From contig DF237056.1 of the NCBI GenBank assembly GCA_000708835.1, forward strand, positions 62,001-126,000: a stretch of 64,000 nt of DNA, written 5' to 3'. Of the stretch, positions 48,163 to 60,600 are shown piece after piece. The number at the start of each line of letters is the position of its first letter. Position 1 is the stretch's first letter. The DNA comes from Klebsormidium nitens. Taxonomy: Eukaryota > Plantae > Klebsormidiophyceae. Position numbers and translations under genes: made by a program. A model generated the notes under the pieces. That model saw only the letters and a list, made by a program, of their open reading frames with translations. It was not told where the DNA came from and ran no database searches.

Positions 48163-50131
48163 TTGCAGAGACGCCCGGAGCGGCAGAGCAAAAGCTTGGT
48201 TGCTGGAAGTTACAGCTTAGATGCAAGGGAAGCGCGGAAATGCCTGCCAGCGCTAGCTGCGATGACAGGACGTGACGCTTTTTATGGTTTGCTGCATCAT
48301 TTACTCGTAGGATTTGTTCCAAACTCCAACTCAGGAGTTGGATAAGCTGCAAATGAAGGTCGAGGGTGTTCTCCAGTTCTCCACGCTCCAAGAACCAAGG
48401 ATCCTAGAGAGCGGCTCCCGAATCCTGGCGCCAAAGCAATGGAGGTTCCATGGCGCATTGCGCATCATCGCGCGACCTGAAGGCTGAAATGTCAAGGTGC
48501 AGAAGAGACATGGGGAAAACAGAAGCTAGAAGCAGTAGAAGGTGCACTTGTTGAAAGAGGCTGTTGAAAGCTAGATCATGATTCATCAGCGGCATATACG
48601 ACTGGCGTAGGTACCTCCCTCAGGATACCTCTCGAGTCTCTAGCCTCCCAGACCCGGGTATGATTTTCGGTCGTAGTTGTGCATCCGCGAGTGAACGCTA
48701 CCGGAAGTTGCGGGGATTATGGTACGTACCGTACCCTTCTGCATTGAATCTGCATAATGCACGATCTGTCAGGGCCCGGTAAAACCGACGGCGCATCATA
48801 CGGCGCAATTACAGTAGTTGCTGCGCAGACGGTCACGTGCAGTGCAACTGGCCGGCGGACTGGAGGCTGGCCGCCTGCTAACAAACCTCAAGTCCAACTT
48901 TCTTTGTGAAGAAGCGCTCATGAGCGTCTCTTAAGCGCGCATGGCTGTGATGTCTACGTCGTTTTCATGGTGGCAACCGAGTCTAGTGCAGCCAAGAGTT
49001 GAGCTACGTCGAATCTGCCACTAGCAATGTAGCATACACGGCATTGGTGCCCTTCATGAAATCAATGTTTTGGATATTTGATGACATGTTACCGTATAGT
49101 GATTTCGTAAACAGTACTTTTGCTGGAATTTAACAAGATAGCCAGCTCTGCCCAATGTTGTAAGCGATGCCGCCAGAGCGCGAGCAGTGCAGATTCAAGG
49201 CGAACGCAGGCTCAGGAGACGGGTGATCATTGGTGACAGTCAAGTGCACATAGGAACGCAAGAAAATTGGTGAGGAACTGTACTTAAAGGTGCCTCATTA
49301 CTTGCAGTCACGTTGCATGATTCGATATGCGAAGCTGACGTCATCCGACTCGAGCACGTCCTTCTCACGACTTGGCGATTGGACAAGGGTTTTCCGTCCT
49401 CAATCAGCTGTCAAAAGTTTACTACTTCACGATTTTCTCCTCACGAAGCACTTTATGCTCGAGCGTCGGAAGCGGCAACGGGTAGAGGTGTCAGAACACG
49501 CTTAAAGAGCCTGATTGAAACACGTATGCACGTCAATCCAAACGAGGATAAAAGTCCAACTATGCTAAGTAGTACCCTTGACCGAAGAGTGTGTTTTCTG
49601 CATGATTGATATCATCACTTTTACTTCTTGATGCATGAATAAGCACAGTCGAGACGTTGGTACAAAGCAGATTCTCGATTGCCAGGGGACGGCGACGGCG
49701 GATGATACTTTTCATTGCGGCTGGTGACCGAAGTCAGAACATTGGTTGATACGAACATTCAGTGACAATGTTAAGCAGGTCGTATGTACAGGAAAGCTCA
49801 AGACCAGTAAGACTTGGACCACTGTTGACAAGCGCTACGTAACCCACTTCCCATGGGATGCTCCTCGACCTACGCGGACATGTCTGAAGAATTTTGCGCT
49901 AACCTCTAATCGTAGACGCCCAAACTCCGTTGCTGGTCCAGCACTCAAGCCGTATCGCTGCTTCGCTTCTTCTAGAGTTGATTTTTCTCCCCTGTTTTGC
50001 GCCGCGACCAAAGCCCTCTGCTATCAACCAACCCTCTCCGGAACGTGATCATCCTGTGCATCTCCTCCGCTCCACGTTTCTGACGTCATCTTTCTTCTGC
50101 TGAATCGCCCCCGGTTCCAACTTCCGTGGCG

Positions 50132-53042
50132 TCACTTCTGGCCGGTGTCGCTGCCGTGATGGTGCCCGGTCAGCGTCTCCTTCACCTTCTCCTCGATCCT
50201 CTTAAAGATGTTCTTCTTCTTCTTGGGCTTCTCTCCCGGGGGGGTCTTCTCCCCGGGCGCGGCCACCCCCGCCGCGTGCTCCTCCTCGCCCTCGCTGCTG
50301 CTCGAAGAACTAGAGCTGGACGATTTCTTGAGGTCCTTCTCGGGGACAACGGTGCCGCCCACCACCGTTGGGCCGGGGATCAGCACCCTGCGGTTGAGAA
50401 ACCGGTTAAAAATTTTCAGATTTTGAAGGGGCAACCGGCAAGACCCGCTATTATACGTTGGGGGGGCCTCGGCTTGGACAGGTTCCCAATTTGCCGGTGG
50501 GAGCAAGGGACTCTGCGGTTAAGAATTTGAGTTAAACCCCACCTCGGTGCTCCTTGACTTGCGGGATGACTTGACCTCAAGGTCGAGAATAGTATCCTTG
50601 GAAACCGATATGACCCGGAGTATGCAGCAACTTCCGACAAAAGTCAGGCAATGAAGTGACATCAAGTGGTGATCAGGTTCTGGAAGTAAGATGCTCGAAA
50701 AAGTTATTTGGAAAGTTTTAACACTCCGTACACAAACCAACAAAGGCTCGCAAGCAACCAGGGGCTCGAGCATCCCATTCCCCGCAAAGATGCTTGTTGA
50801 CCGCCGTTATGGCGCTCGATGTGACTCCGGCTGTAAAGTCGTTACAAGAGACACTCAGGATGAACAGGCAGTGGAACCATCCCCGTGTCTGAGAGATGCA
50901 CAAACTCCCGTTCTCTAAGATTATGCCATACTTTCATCAGTGAATTTCCATGTTTGCGGAGCTTTCAATTTTCCAAATGGATGCAGAGGACTGGCCTCAT
51001 CTCCTAGCAATCTCCAGATACTTTCTCGAAGCGATTCTGAAACGCGCTCGCGAAGTTCGAAAAAGGATTAGAGCCTGAGTTCTCGTGAGCACCGACACAT
51101 ATATCCGAACACGCCGCTAGAAGTCTGGAAATACTTTTTGAGTCAGACGTCAGGTAAAGAAACCCCGGGACGGTCCAAGTAGGGCCGAGAGATTGTCGAA
51201 GTTTCGGAATTTCTTGAAGGGCATCTGCAAAGGATGCAGATCAATATGTTCGGAAACGCTCGCGCGCACTCACGTCCCGGGAGGCACCGGCACGACGGAG
51301 ACGACGTTCACCTCCGCTGCGTACTCCTCCACCACAACCGGCGCGACCGCGCCCGCGGCCGCCTGCGCTCGCGGGACCGGCTTGTCCACCACCTCGTAGG
51401 CCACCTCCTCCGCTTCGACCAGCCTGCGAGAAGGCGGGTTGTGATACCAATACCCGCAGGAGATCAACGAAACGGACGACTTTGCCATGCCAGCGGGACA
51501 TTTTGGGAATTGTTTGAAAACCTGTGGTCAGTTTCCGTCGGAACCGAGTCTGTGCAATGATCCGCGAGTCCGTTGGTGTCTCGGACGACAGCTGACACTC
51601 TCGCGGCACATTGTCACTGATATGACTGACGGCAGGACCGGGGTGCAACGGTTCACAGGGCTTTGCGCAATTTTGCAGCATGTAAGTGCGTACACAACTT
51701 TTTTGCAAAGGCTTTCATTTTCATCCATCGCTTCATGCCGCGGTTTCTCTTGTCGGTTTCTAGCAAGTTATCTGATCGACAACCTTCTCAAGAGCTCTTC
51801 CAGACTCATGTCAGAATACACTGAAATTGATGGAGAAGCGAAACTCGATAGGTTTGAGTTTAGGCCGAATGGCCGTACACTGGCCGTGCCGTCTCCCCGG
51901 TAGAGTCCTTCTTCCCGAACAAAGGGCGCTCCTCCCCCTGCTCCCGGCCCTCCTCTTCCTCCCGGTTCGTCTGCCCCGATCCCCCGACCTCGGGCCTCTC
52001 CAGCGTCAAGTTCACGGGCGGCGTCTGATGGGCGATGTGCACTTTGCTCTCAAACTCCTGCGGCTGCACATTCAGGGAAGGGGACGGCTAATGGGCGATT
52101 TTCCGCATCGTCGATCGTTGCGGTCTGGTCAATCTTGGAGACCGAGGAGAGAGCGAAAAGACACGAGGTCTTTCAAAGGGCAGCAAGCGTTTACTTCACC
52201 TTGCGTCAAGGTATCCAGATTTGTACCTCACTTGTGTTCAACAACCTGTTTTTCAAACTTCAATAAGGTGACCAGTCAAAGAACCAAGAGTCTGAAGAGC
52301 GACTCACTTGTCGCCGGTCTAGAAGATCCAAGATACCAAAACCGAGCCGACAGCCATTGTTTGAAAACGAACGAACGGACGAACGTTTCAGAAGGGGCGT
52401 CTCCGAAACTTTGACACAAAGAAGCACCTCCAGCAAAAGGAAGAGTGTTTTCGGTCCGACACTGAACGAGGAACAATCCTGGCACCCTCACAAGCACTTT
52501 ACATGCCTTTCTTTGGACTAAAAAGGACCTGCCAAGACGCTGAGCTTGAAGCTGACGGAAACTTTAAGTCCGGTAAACCAGCAAATCCTATCATCGTAAT
52601 TCCTCTTTGTCTCAAAAAAAATCGAAAACACCTCAGCACGAAGGTCAAACGAGCTCCAAAAGAACTGCCTCACTTCACGTTCGATTATCTAATGCACGCG
52701 CCGGTGAAGAGGAATGCCATTTGGTATGCAATCCCCCCTCAACCCTCTTAAGCTAAGCACTAAACAGATCTGCCCAAATACATGCACGAAGCTTTCTGTT
52801 GTCAACCTTCTTTCCACGCATCACATGCAAGCAATAAGAACTTTTCTGTTCTACAAAGGCTTTTGGAAACAAGCTTGCAGGAAGCAGAAACCCTGTGCAC
52901 CACTGTTTTTTGAGTCATCGCATTCATAAACAGCCATCAGTTGGTCCATGCAACTCACCAAGTCGGAGCGTCCAGCACCGCTTCCATATTCGCCTGACGC
53001 TCTCGCACCTTCCGAGGGGTCGCCTCCATAGGTCTGCGACAT
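50132..53042 (-). CDS. Dehydrin-like (S-segment plus K-like segment) protein, 166 aa, 4 exons including an 11-nt microexon
   Basis: Exons 53042-52959, 52318-52308, 51423-51274 and 50387-50132 total 501 nt, all GT-AG and phase-consistent. The C-terminus has KKSSSSSSSSSSEGEEE and KKKNIFKRIEEKVKETLTGHHH. Confidence 0.6.
51860..52063 (-). CDS. Candidate alternative terminal exon of the dehydrin-like gene
   Basis: GC-rich open frame PQEFESKVHIAHQTPPVNLTLERPEVGGSGQTNREEEGREQGEERPLFGKKDSTGETARPVYGHSA* after tandem CAG acceptors at 52064 and 52058. It is in frame (phase 0) with exon 53042-52959. Confidence 0.35.
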   Translation of the reverse strand, partial: PQEFESKVHIAHQTPPVNLTLERPEVGGSGQTNREEEEGREQGEERPLFGKKDSTGETARPVYGHSA

Positions 53043-54677
53043 CTTTTCTTGTTTGAGCGCTCGACTTCCTTCCTGACCTCTTCAACGTGAGGACCCCTGT
53101 CCTTAAACTCCCAGAGAAAGCTGCCGGTTGTCTATCGCATTCAAGAGGAGATGTTTGTGAGCACACGAGCAAACCGTTCGTTTAGCAGCAATCCAAAATG
53201 GTTGCTGGTTTGCTGATCCGCTGCCTAAAAGCCTGGCTCGCTTCGCCGCATGCAGCCTTTGAGCTCACAGATCAAGTCTGCAAAAACAAGTCAAGAGGTT
53301 ACCGCTGCACACGTAATCTTGGATGTTGATAAGGCTCGCTGACACTCTCGCGGCGTCCATGAATCTACGAGGCTCTTTCTTTACGTCATCTTAGTGGCGC
53401 AGCACACCAGAAGCTGTTGCGACCCTGAGTTTCTGAATGTCAGCAGTCGACGCAATCTGGAGGTGACACTCGACGGGCTCATGGCCCTGCAACGGATCGG
53501 ACTACAAAAAGCTCACTGTGACTTGCCAGGCTGTACCTTCCGTCCTTTTGACAAACCGAATCTGCGCCATCGATGTCAACGTGCGCTTCGCTACAATTGG
53601 TGGACGCCAAGTTTTCGGTTTCTCTCGAACCCTCATATTCTCCTGCAGCAGCTGTAGTCCCGCCAACGCGAGCGATTAGGAAAATGCAGCCGCTGGGCTT
53701 GCACTAAAGTAGGTATTCAATCAATTCACTTTAAGCCCACCACACAATACTAATCCGCACCAATGCAGTATAGCTGGCGCATTGCCGCGCTGCCGGCATT
53801 CATGATGCGCAGCGTTCATGTGGACTTGGCGATCCGATCGACGAATTGACCGCATCAAACTTCCCAAAGTTCTGGCGGCCCCCACGTACCGTCAGCTAGC
53901 GTTCGTGTCATATCTTTTGAGTCATATGCAGTAACCGGTCGCGGCATTGGGCAGGTTTACCGCCCAGGTACCCAGGTATGGGACCTACCGTCACCTACGG
54001 CCAAGACGGTTGCACCTTAAAAATGTCCCGTGCAACTCGATCAGTGCAGATCGTGCACCAGCTGTTTTAGCCGCCGCGGCCCACATTTCGAGCTTCCGGC
54101 CGCAAATGTGGATTGTTCCTGAATCACGATGCCGAGGAAGCCTTTGGCCCATGTGGCACGGCGTTCAATCGATCTGAAAAGACATCATCGATTCGACATG
54201 ATCAAACCGTTGGATCCTCGGCATCAGAGTTTGTTGGACGTTGCCACTATAAAGCGATCTTGATATTTTTTTGCTAGGTAAGCCTTGTGATATACTAGTA
54301 TATAGCTAGCCTGTCTTCAAAAGTTTACGCCAGGCCATGTTCTTGAAAGCGATGTATTTGAACGATCCAAGTGAAGGTAAGGGGAACAGAAGGCCACGAA
54401 GTCGATGCACATGGGCCTAAATGAGGCATGCTCCATCAGAGACTTAAAGTTAGCTCAATCTAAGCTACGGTTGTAAGTTGCTAACAAACCCGCTGACAAC
54501 AGGGCACACCACGGCCATCCAAAATCTTACAGGGACGACCTGGAGAATAATGGAACAGTGATTGTCGACCGTTGACAAAAGCCTTGATGGTGTTCACCAT
54601 TCTTGGGTCCTTATCCTGCGCAACTAGCTCTTCAGTTCATGTGAACCCCTACAACCCTGTACCTACAAGATGGTCAC

Positions 54678-57600
54678 TCATGCAGATGCCTGCTGCTTAT
54701 GTCTGGCGTAGATGCGGTAGGCGACAAAGCCTCCGACGACAACAGAGGCCAGCCCGATGGTTACAAGGTACCGGTGCGAGGCGAGCCGTTGCTGCTTGGA
54801 CGCCTTGCTGCTTTCGGTCTCCGGAATGTTCGAGTGCGGCTTCAAGGCCAGATTCAATAGCTGCGGAAAAGCGGGGTAACGTGTTGTGGTCTCAGGTGCG
54901 ACAAAGAAGAGGGAAGTGCAATAGTCCTGATTACCCCCTACCAGCACTCCGGCAGTCACCTTGTCTATGAAAGTCACACACAAGATTGACACGCTCATGA
55001 CGCTCAGATTGACACGCTCATGACGCTCGACGTCGCCTCATTATCGCAAGACAGTATCCAGAGCGTCTACACGGCAACAAGCTATTATAGACTGACGAGA
55101 TCGGAATTGGAAATTCAACGAGGTTGAGAGACTAAAATAGGCGACTGAACTAGCTCACCTGCAGGTATGGCGTGTCGCCCTCTTTTATAGACACTGGGAG
55201 AGGCGCCTCCAGCCCCAGATTCGTTGCATACTGCCACCAGAGACGACACGTGTCAGTTCAAGGGTTCCGTTGCGTTGGCCAACCGTTTCCGAACATCAAA
55301 ACTTAGTCGCCACTTTGCTCTGGACTCCATTGCTCAGTAACCCGAAGCACAGGAAAAGCAATGTACACTGTAAGCTTGTAAGACGCCACTCAATGCAACG
55401 TTCGAACGTATGTTTAGCAATGTTCTCCTGCTACACCCCCCTCCAAGAAGGTTAGGGCGTCCAGAATCGAATTCGATAAGCGCTCGTGTCCATCCATTGA
55501 GCCACGCTTTCTACTCAGTCAAACACGTCGTCACATAAGTGCAGCTCTTAAGGGAGGGCCTTGTACTCGCATCCCTGAAGGATGTTTCAGCAATGTCGCA
55601 ATCGAACAAAGAAGCGCCCCAACGCTCCCCATCCGAGCATGCCAGCACCACAAAACTGTCGAGAACACGAATAAACACCCAAGCGGGCTGAAGATATTTC
55701 CACCCGACCAGATCCGAAACAAGCGACACACTCTGATCGTCACCCTTCTAAAGGCTGAGGATGAAACAGGAAACTACAGAGGAACGAATCCTTACCCGCA
55801 CGCTCTCTGCCAGCACCGCGTCCCCACTGTCTCTCTTAGCCGCGACAAGTGTGCACGGCACCTCGTGGCCATACTTCTCCGCGTGGTCCGCAATCCTCGT
55901 CAGCAGCTCCACCGCCTCGCTCAGCGACTCTGCGCTTGTGCTGCAAACCATGCAGCAAACCCGCTTTTTAACCCGTGTTCGATTTCGTTAAACAGGGGCA
56001 CCAGAATGGAAAATTTGTCAAGGGCTCAAGGCCCTCTCAGGGGCTGGCTCATTGGAACTTCTGCACCTCGTGCCACAAGGTTCTCTTTATGCACGATCAG
56101 GAGCGTCGAGAATGAGCTTCGGTGGGGTAAAGGGGGCTGCCTCGGTCGACAACGCTGCAACAGTCCTTTGAAATGAAGTCGGTCTCGAAACTGCCTGGGC
56201 CGGGTACATGCCCCAAGGATTGCTACTCGGGTCAATTTGAGCGACTCCGTGCAGGTTCGGTCTTACAGCTGCCCCTACAATCGTCTTCAGAGTTCACCAA
56301 TCCAGGACTATCATTAAAATTTGTTGGTAAGTAGCCGTTCCGATCTTGGATGCTTCATGACGACGAACGACAATATGGGCTGAACCATCAATGGGCTCAG
56401 CGGATGTTTCCGGTGAAAGATTGGAAAGCTGAGGGCTCAATCGCCGCAAAGGCACTTGTAAGAAAAAAGCGGAGACCACATGGTAACCCATCGTATGAGT
56501 TCCCGCCGCAGGATTGCGGGCCCGATCCACTGAGGAACGTTCATTGACCTGGGGGTCTATTCCTAAAAATGACCAAACACATTCTGGGTCATGGCTCTAG
56601 GGGGAATTGTGCAGTGCCATCAGCAAAGGCGGGAAAACCCGCTTTCGCAAGTCGGCTACTCGTGAAAGCGAGGCTAAGCAGCCACAAAACAGCACGAGTC
56701 GAGTCAGACCTGTCAAAGACAAAGGCCGCAACATCGCAGGCCGCCAGCCCGTTCTCGTTATCAAGCAGCTGATCCACTGAGGCCCCCGTCACCTCCCGCA
56801 AGACCAGCATCTTCTCTTGCCCCTGAAGCGAAAAGAGAGGACGAAACCTCGGGTCAGGGTTGAAAACAAAACACCATCAAAACACCATCGAATTGTCAGA
56901 ACACCTGAAGGACTGAGACATCGGCCAAGGACGCGAGTGACGACATTAATCGCCCCTCCAATAAAGGCTTCGAATGCCAGGTGCAACCCTGAGTCCAGCA
57001 GAAGGGGGCTTAGGAGCAATGGTCAAGTCACTGGGTCAACGTGCTGAAGCAGTTGCAGACCGTGATAAAATCCATAACTAATACCTGGTAAATTTCCACG
57101 TCCGACAGAATTCAGTCCGTGACTTAGGTCAGAACGAACAGTAGGGACCCAAAGAAAACACGTAATCTTTGGAATTTGTCGTAGGGGCTCTGCCCTCACC
57201 TCCGATGTCGAGACCACTTGTGCAGCATACCGGTCGCTTCGCGTAGGCGTGTGCGCTTCCGTGAAGGACCTGAAGCAGGACACCAGGACATCAGCCTAAC
57301 CGTCCAACGACTTTTCTGTATCTTCAGCTCCTCGGTTGTCATTAGAAAGTTGACAGCAATTCACTTCGATCCGCCCTCGCTCTTCCGATTCAACAGCCAT
57401 TTGAGAGAGCAAGAGTAATCCACTTCACCCTGGCGAACGAGAACCCACGACAAAATCACACAACAAACAAAGTGAACAGGGAGAAAGACGTTTTTCTCAA
57501 AGTTTGAGGACGTAAAACGAGAAGAAAGATCCGAGACGCTGTCAGACAACCCAAACGAAAAGTTGGGCAGGTTGGCATTTATTTCTTGTTCGAAGAACGA

Positions 57601-60600
57601 GAAGACGTAGCACCAAGACAGCGTCGAAACTATCATCCGCCCGTCCCCCATCGCGCTTTTGAATCGCTGGACCCCACAGAGCAGGATTGAGCGTGCTGGG
57701 GAAAATCCGCGTTCTTCAAGTCTCCACTAGAATGTGGAGCCAGAGGCAAGCGGCTGCACCTGTCGATCAGCCCGTCGACAATTGCGCTCTTGCCCACCCC
57801 CGACGGCCCGAACACGAAGCCCTGGATGACGTCACGCGAGAGCTTCTTCTTCTTCCGGTCGAAGCGCCGTCGTTTCGTCACCTTGAACGCGGTGCTGATG
57901 TCACGGTCGGGAAAGCCCAGGTAGATGAGGTAGCCGAGCGCAGAGTGTGGTTCCAAGAGGGTGAAGAGCCGCCACTGCACGCCACAAAAAACCCTGTCAT
58001 TGAGAGCCTTTCTTGCTGGAGTATAATAACTTTCGAGGTTGAGAGAGTGGTCAGGAATGCGGGAAAAACGCTTTTGACATACGCAGCGAAAGGAAGAAAC
58101 CGGAATGATGGACGCCCCTCTCAGATAAAGGCGGCAGATGCAACCAAAGCAGGCACCAAACTCGATGTTTGATGAAGTGCCTCCCATCGAAGGGTGCTCC
58201 CCTGGCAAAAGAAGCTTTTCCGCTGTGTAGACAGCAGACAACAGAACGGCAGCTCTTGAAAAAAAGCCCCTCCCCTTCGTGACGCGCACGTCTGGGCCGC
58301 TGTAAGATGCGGCTCCAAACACACACGTTCCACAACAGACTCCCTCTCTGATGTAAGTCTGACGAAACGTAGGACCGACTGATAAGTTGCCTACCTTCGC
58401 CAAGAAGCCCCGCAAAGTAAGAGAGCCCTCCGCATTCGTTTCTGTACATCGATGAAACCGCTCGTCCTCCTCCCAGGGGCTGCAATTGCAAAAAAGGGTG
58501 CAGCTGTTCAGACACACAAAAGTCTGGGGACTTGGGCGAGCCCACTTCTGCTGAAAAGTGGGCTCCTTCAGAGACACGGGAAATTGGCCGATCTCAAGCC
58601 GAATCTTCTAGGAATGAAAGACTAGCGAGTATCAAGACAAAGACAGGCTGCTTTGCTCTTTCAAATCCCTTTCGACAACTCTGCATCCGCTAGAAAACAT
58701 AGATAAACAAGTGAGGACCTCCATATGCTGCTGCACATCCCCGGATGAAGCTGCAACTTCCGCTGAACTGAAAAAAACCCGTGTCTCGTCTCCTTTTGAC
58801 AAGGTAAGACCCGGCCATCTGACAATGCACACAAAGTAAACCACTATAAGCCATGGTCAACAAAAGGCTCCGCGCCGTGATGTCAAGAAACGAGCATTTG
58901 TGCGACCCGGGAAGCAGACCATACCAAACGACTCACAATTTAAGAAGTAACAAACGCCCAAAGGCAAACAAAAAGCCGGCTCACTTTTCTGGCGCTGTCG
59001 AGAAGGCCTCCTCCAACTCCGTGCTGCTGAGCGCCCCGTCCCCATCGATGTCGAAGTGCAAGAAGATGCCCCGCAGGTAATCCAGCGCCTTTTCCGTCAG
59101 CTCAACGCTCTGTGCAGGAGACAAATAAGAGGCTTCGTATTCCTGACTTTGCCTCGCCTCGTGCGGGCCAGGCGGGTAGTCGTGGAGTTAAACGTTGATG
59201 CGACGTGTCGAAGCTTTTCATTCCCACTTTAAGTTCGCGAAGAAGAGGGCTCCGATGACGTGCTGCAAAGCTATAACGGAAGTTTATCACAGCCAACCTT
59301 AGTCGTTGAAGAGGAAGTCAGCACAAAGCCAAGGAGCTCAAGCTGCATTTTATGTTTCAGAGACAAGCGACAAGTGAGCAAATCCGAAGAGGGCCCAAAA
59401 CAAGGATGAGAGTCGCACGTAGTTGCATACCTGATCCGGCGCCTTGGTTGCGAGTTGGGGAAAGTCCAGAACCTCCTTACTCAACTGCACGGTATCGTCA
59501 TACCCGTACTTCCGCAGAACCTGCAAACGGCACACCAAGAAAACAATCGGATCAGGGATTGCAGATCACATGGAAGTTCCTCAAGAGCACGGGGACTAGG
59601 AGACGAAGAAAGCGAACAAACACAGTGTGCATCCCGCCTTTATCTTGAGACGGACTGTGCCGACTATTCTTATGGGGGCCCTATTCACGCTCCAACCAAA
59701 GAAACCGCTCCATCATAATTGTCAGGGCCGTCCCTCTTGTTGAAGCCGTCCCTCCAGCTCTAACATAAAACGCCCCATCTTATCGGTCCCACTCAGATAG
59801 GGACATGGACATAAAATCCGCCGTTTTGATTGGGCCGCGTGTCAAAAAGACCACGTGTCGATCATAGACCGAGGTCCGAGTCGCCGGAAATAGAATTTGT
59901 TGCAACGTAATTTGTTCGTCATCTAGTGACCTTCTAATAATCGGACGGTATCGGTGACTCAATCAGTGTATCGAACGGCCATCTGGGGTGACTCAATCAG
60001 TATATCGTCTTATACAATCCAGTATTCGGTCCCTTATATCTCTCTTTTTCCTCTTTTCTTCTCTTTTCTTCGTCTTTTCTTCTGTATCTCTTGGCTGTGA
60101 GTGGACTGTGGGACCCCACCTGTGATACCCTCAAACTGTTCCATCCCATCCCATTCTCAAAAAGAAAACGGCTCCATCATCTTTCCTCAAGCTACTTCAG
60201 AAGGTTCAAACTGGAAAGAAAAGCATCTCGAGCTCAAAAAGCAGACAGATGTTGCGACCCGGACAACGCAAAAACCGAATACGGACCCAAAACAACACCT
60301 CACCGTCCACGTCGTCTCCAGGCGGCCCTTGTCGATGAAGAGCGTGTGCAGAAGGTAGAAGCCGAGGAGGGTGAGCCCGTTGTCCTGCACGCCCGCCGGC
60401 AGCTTCTCGTACACCACACTCTTCACGCCCGCCAGCTCCTGCTCTTGCAGCGGCGCGTTGAAGCACATCACCTGCACATGACAGATGGACTCGCTTCAAT
60501 ATCGACTGCTGATAATAATAGAGGAATCCTTTTCGGCCAGATCAGGTTGTCACTTCAAGCAGAAATAGAACAAACGACTTTTCTGCTTAAGAAGATGGAC

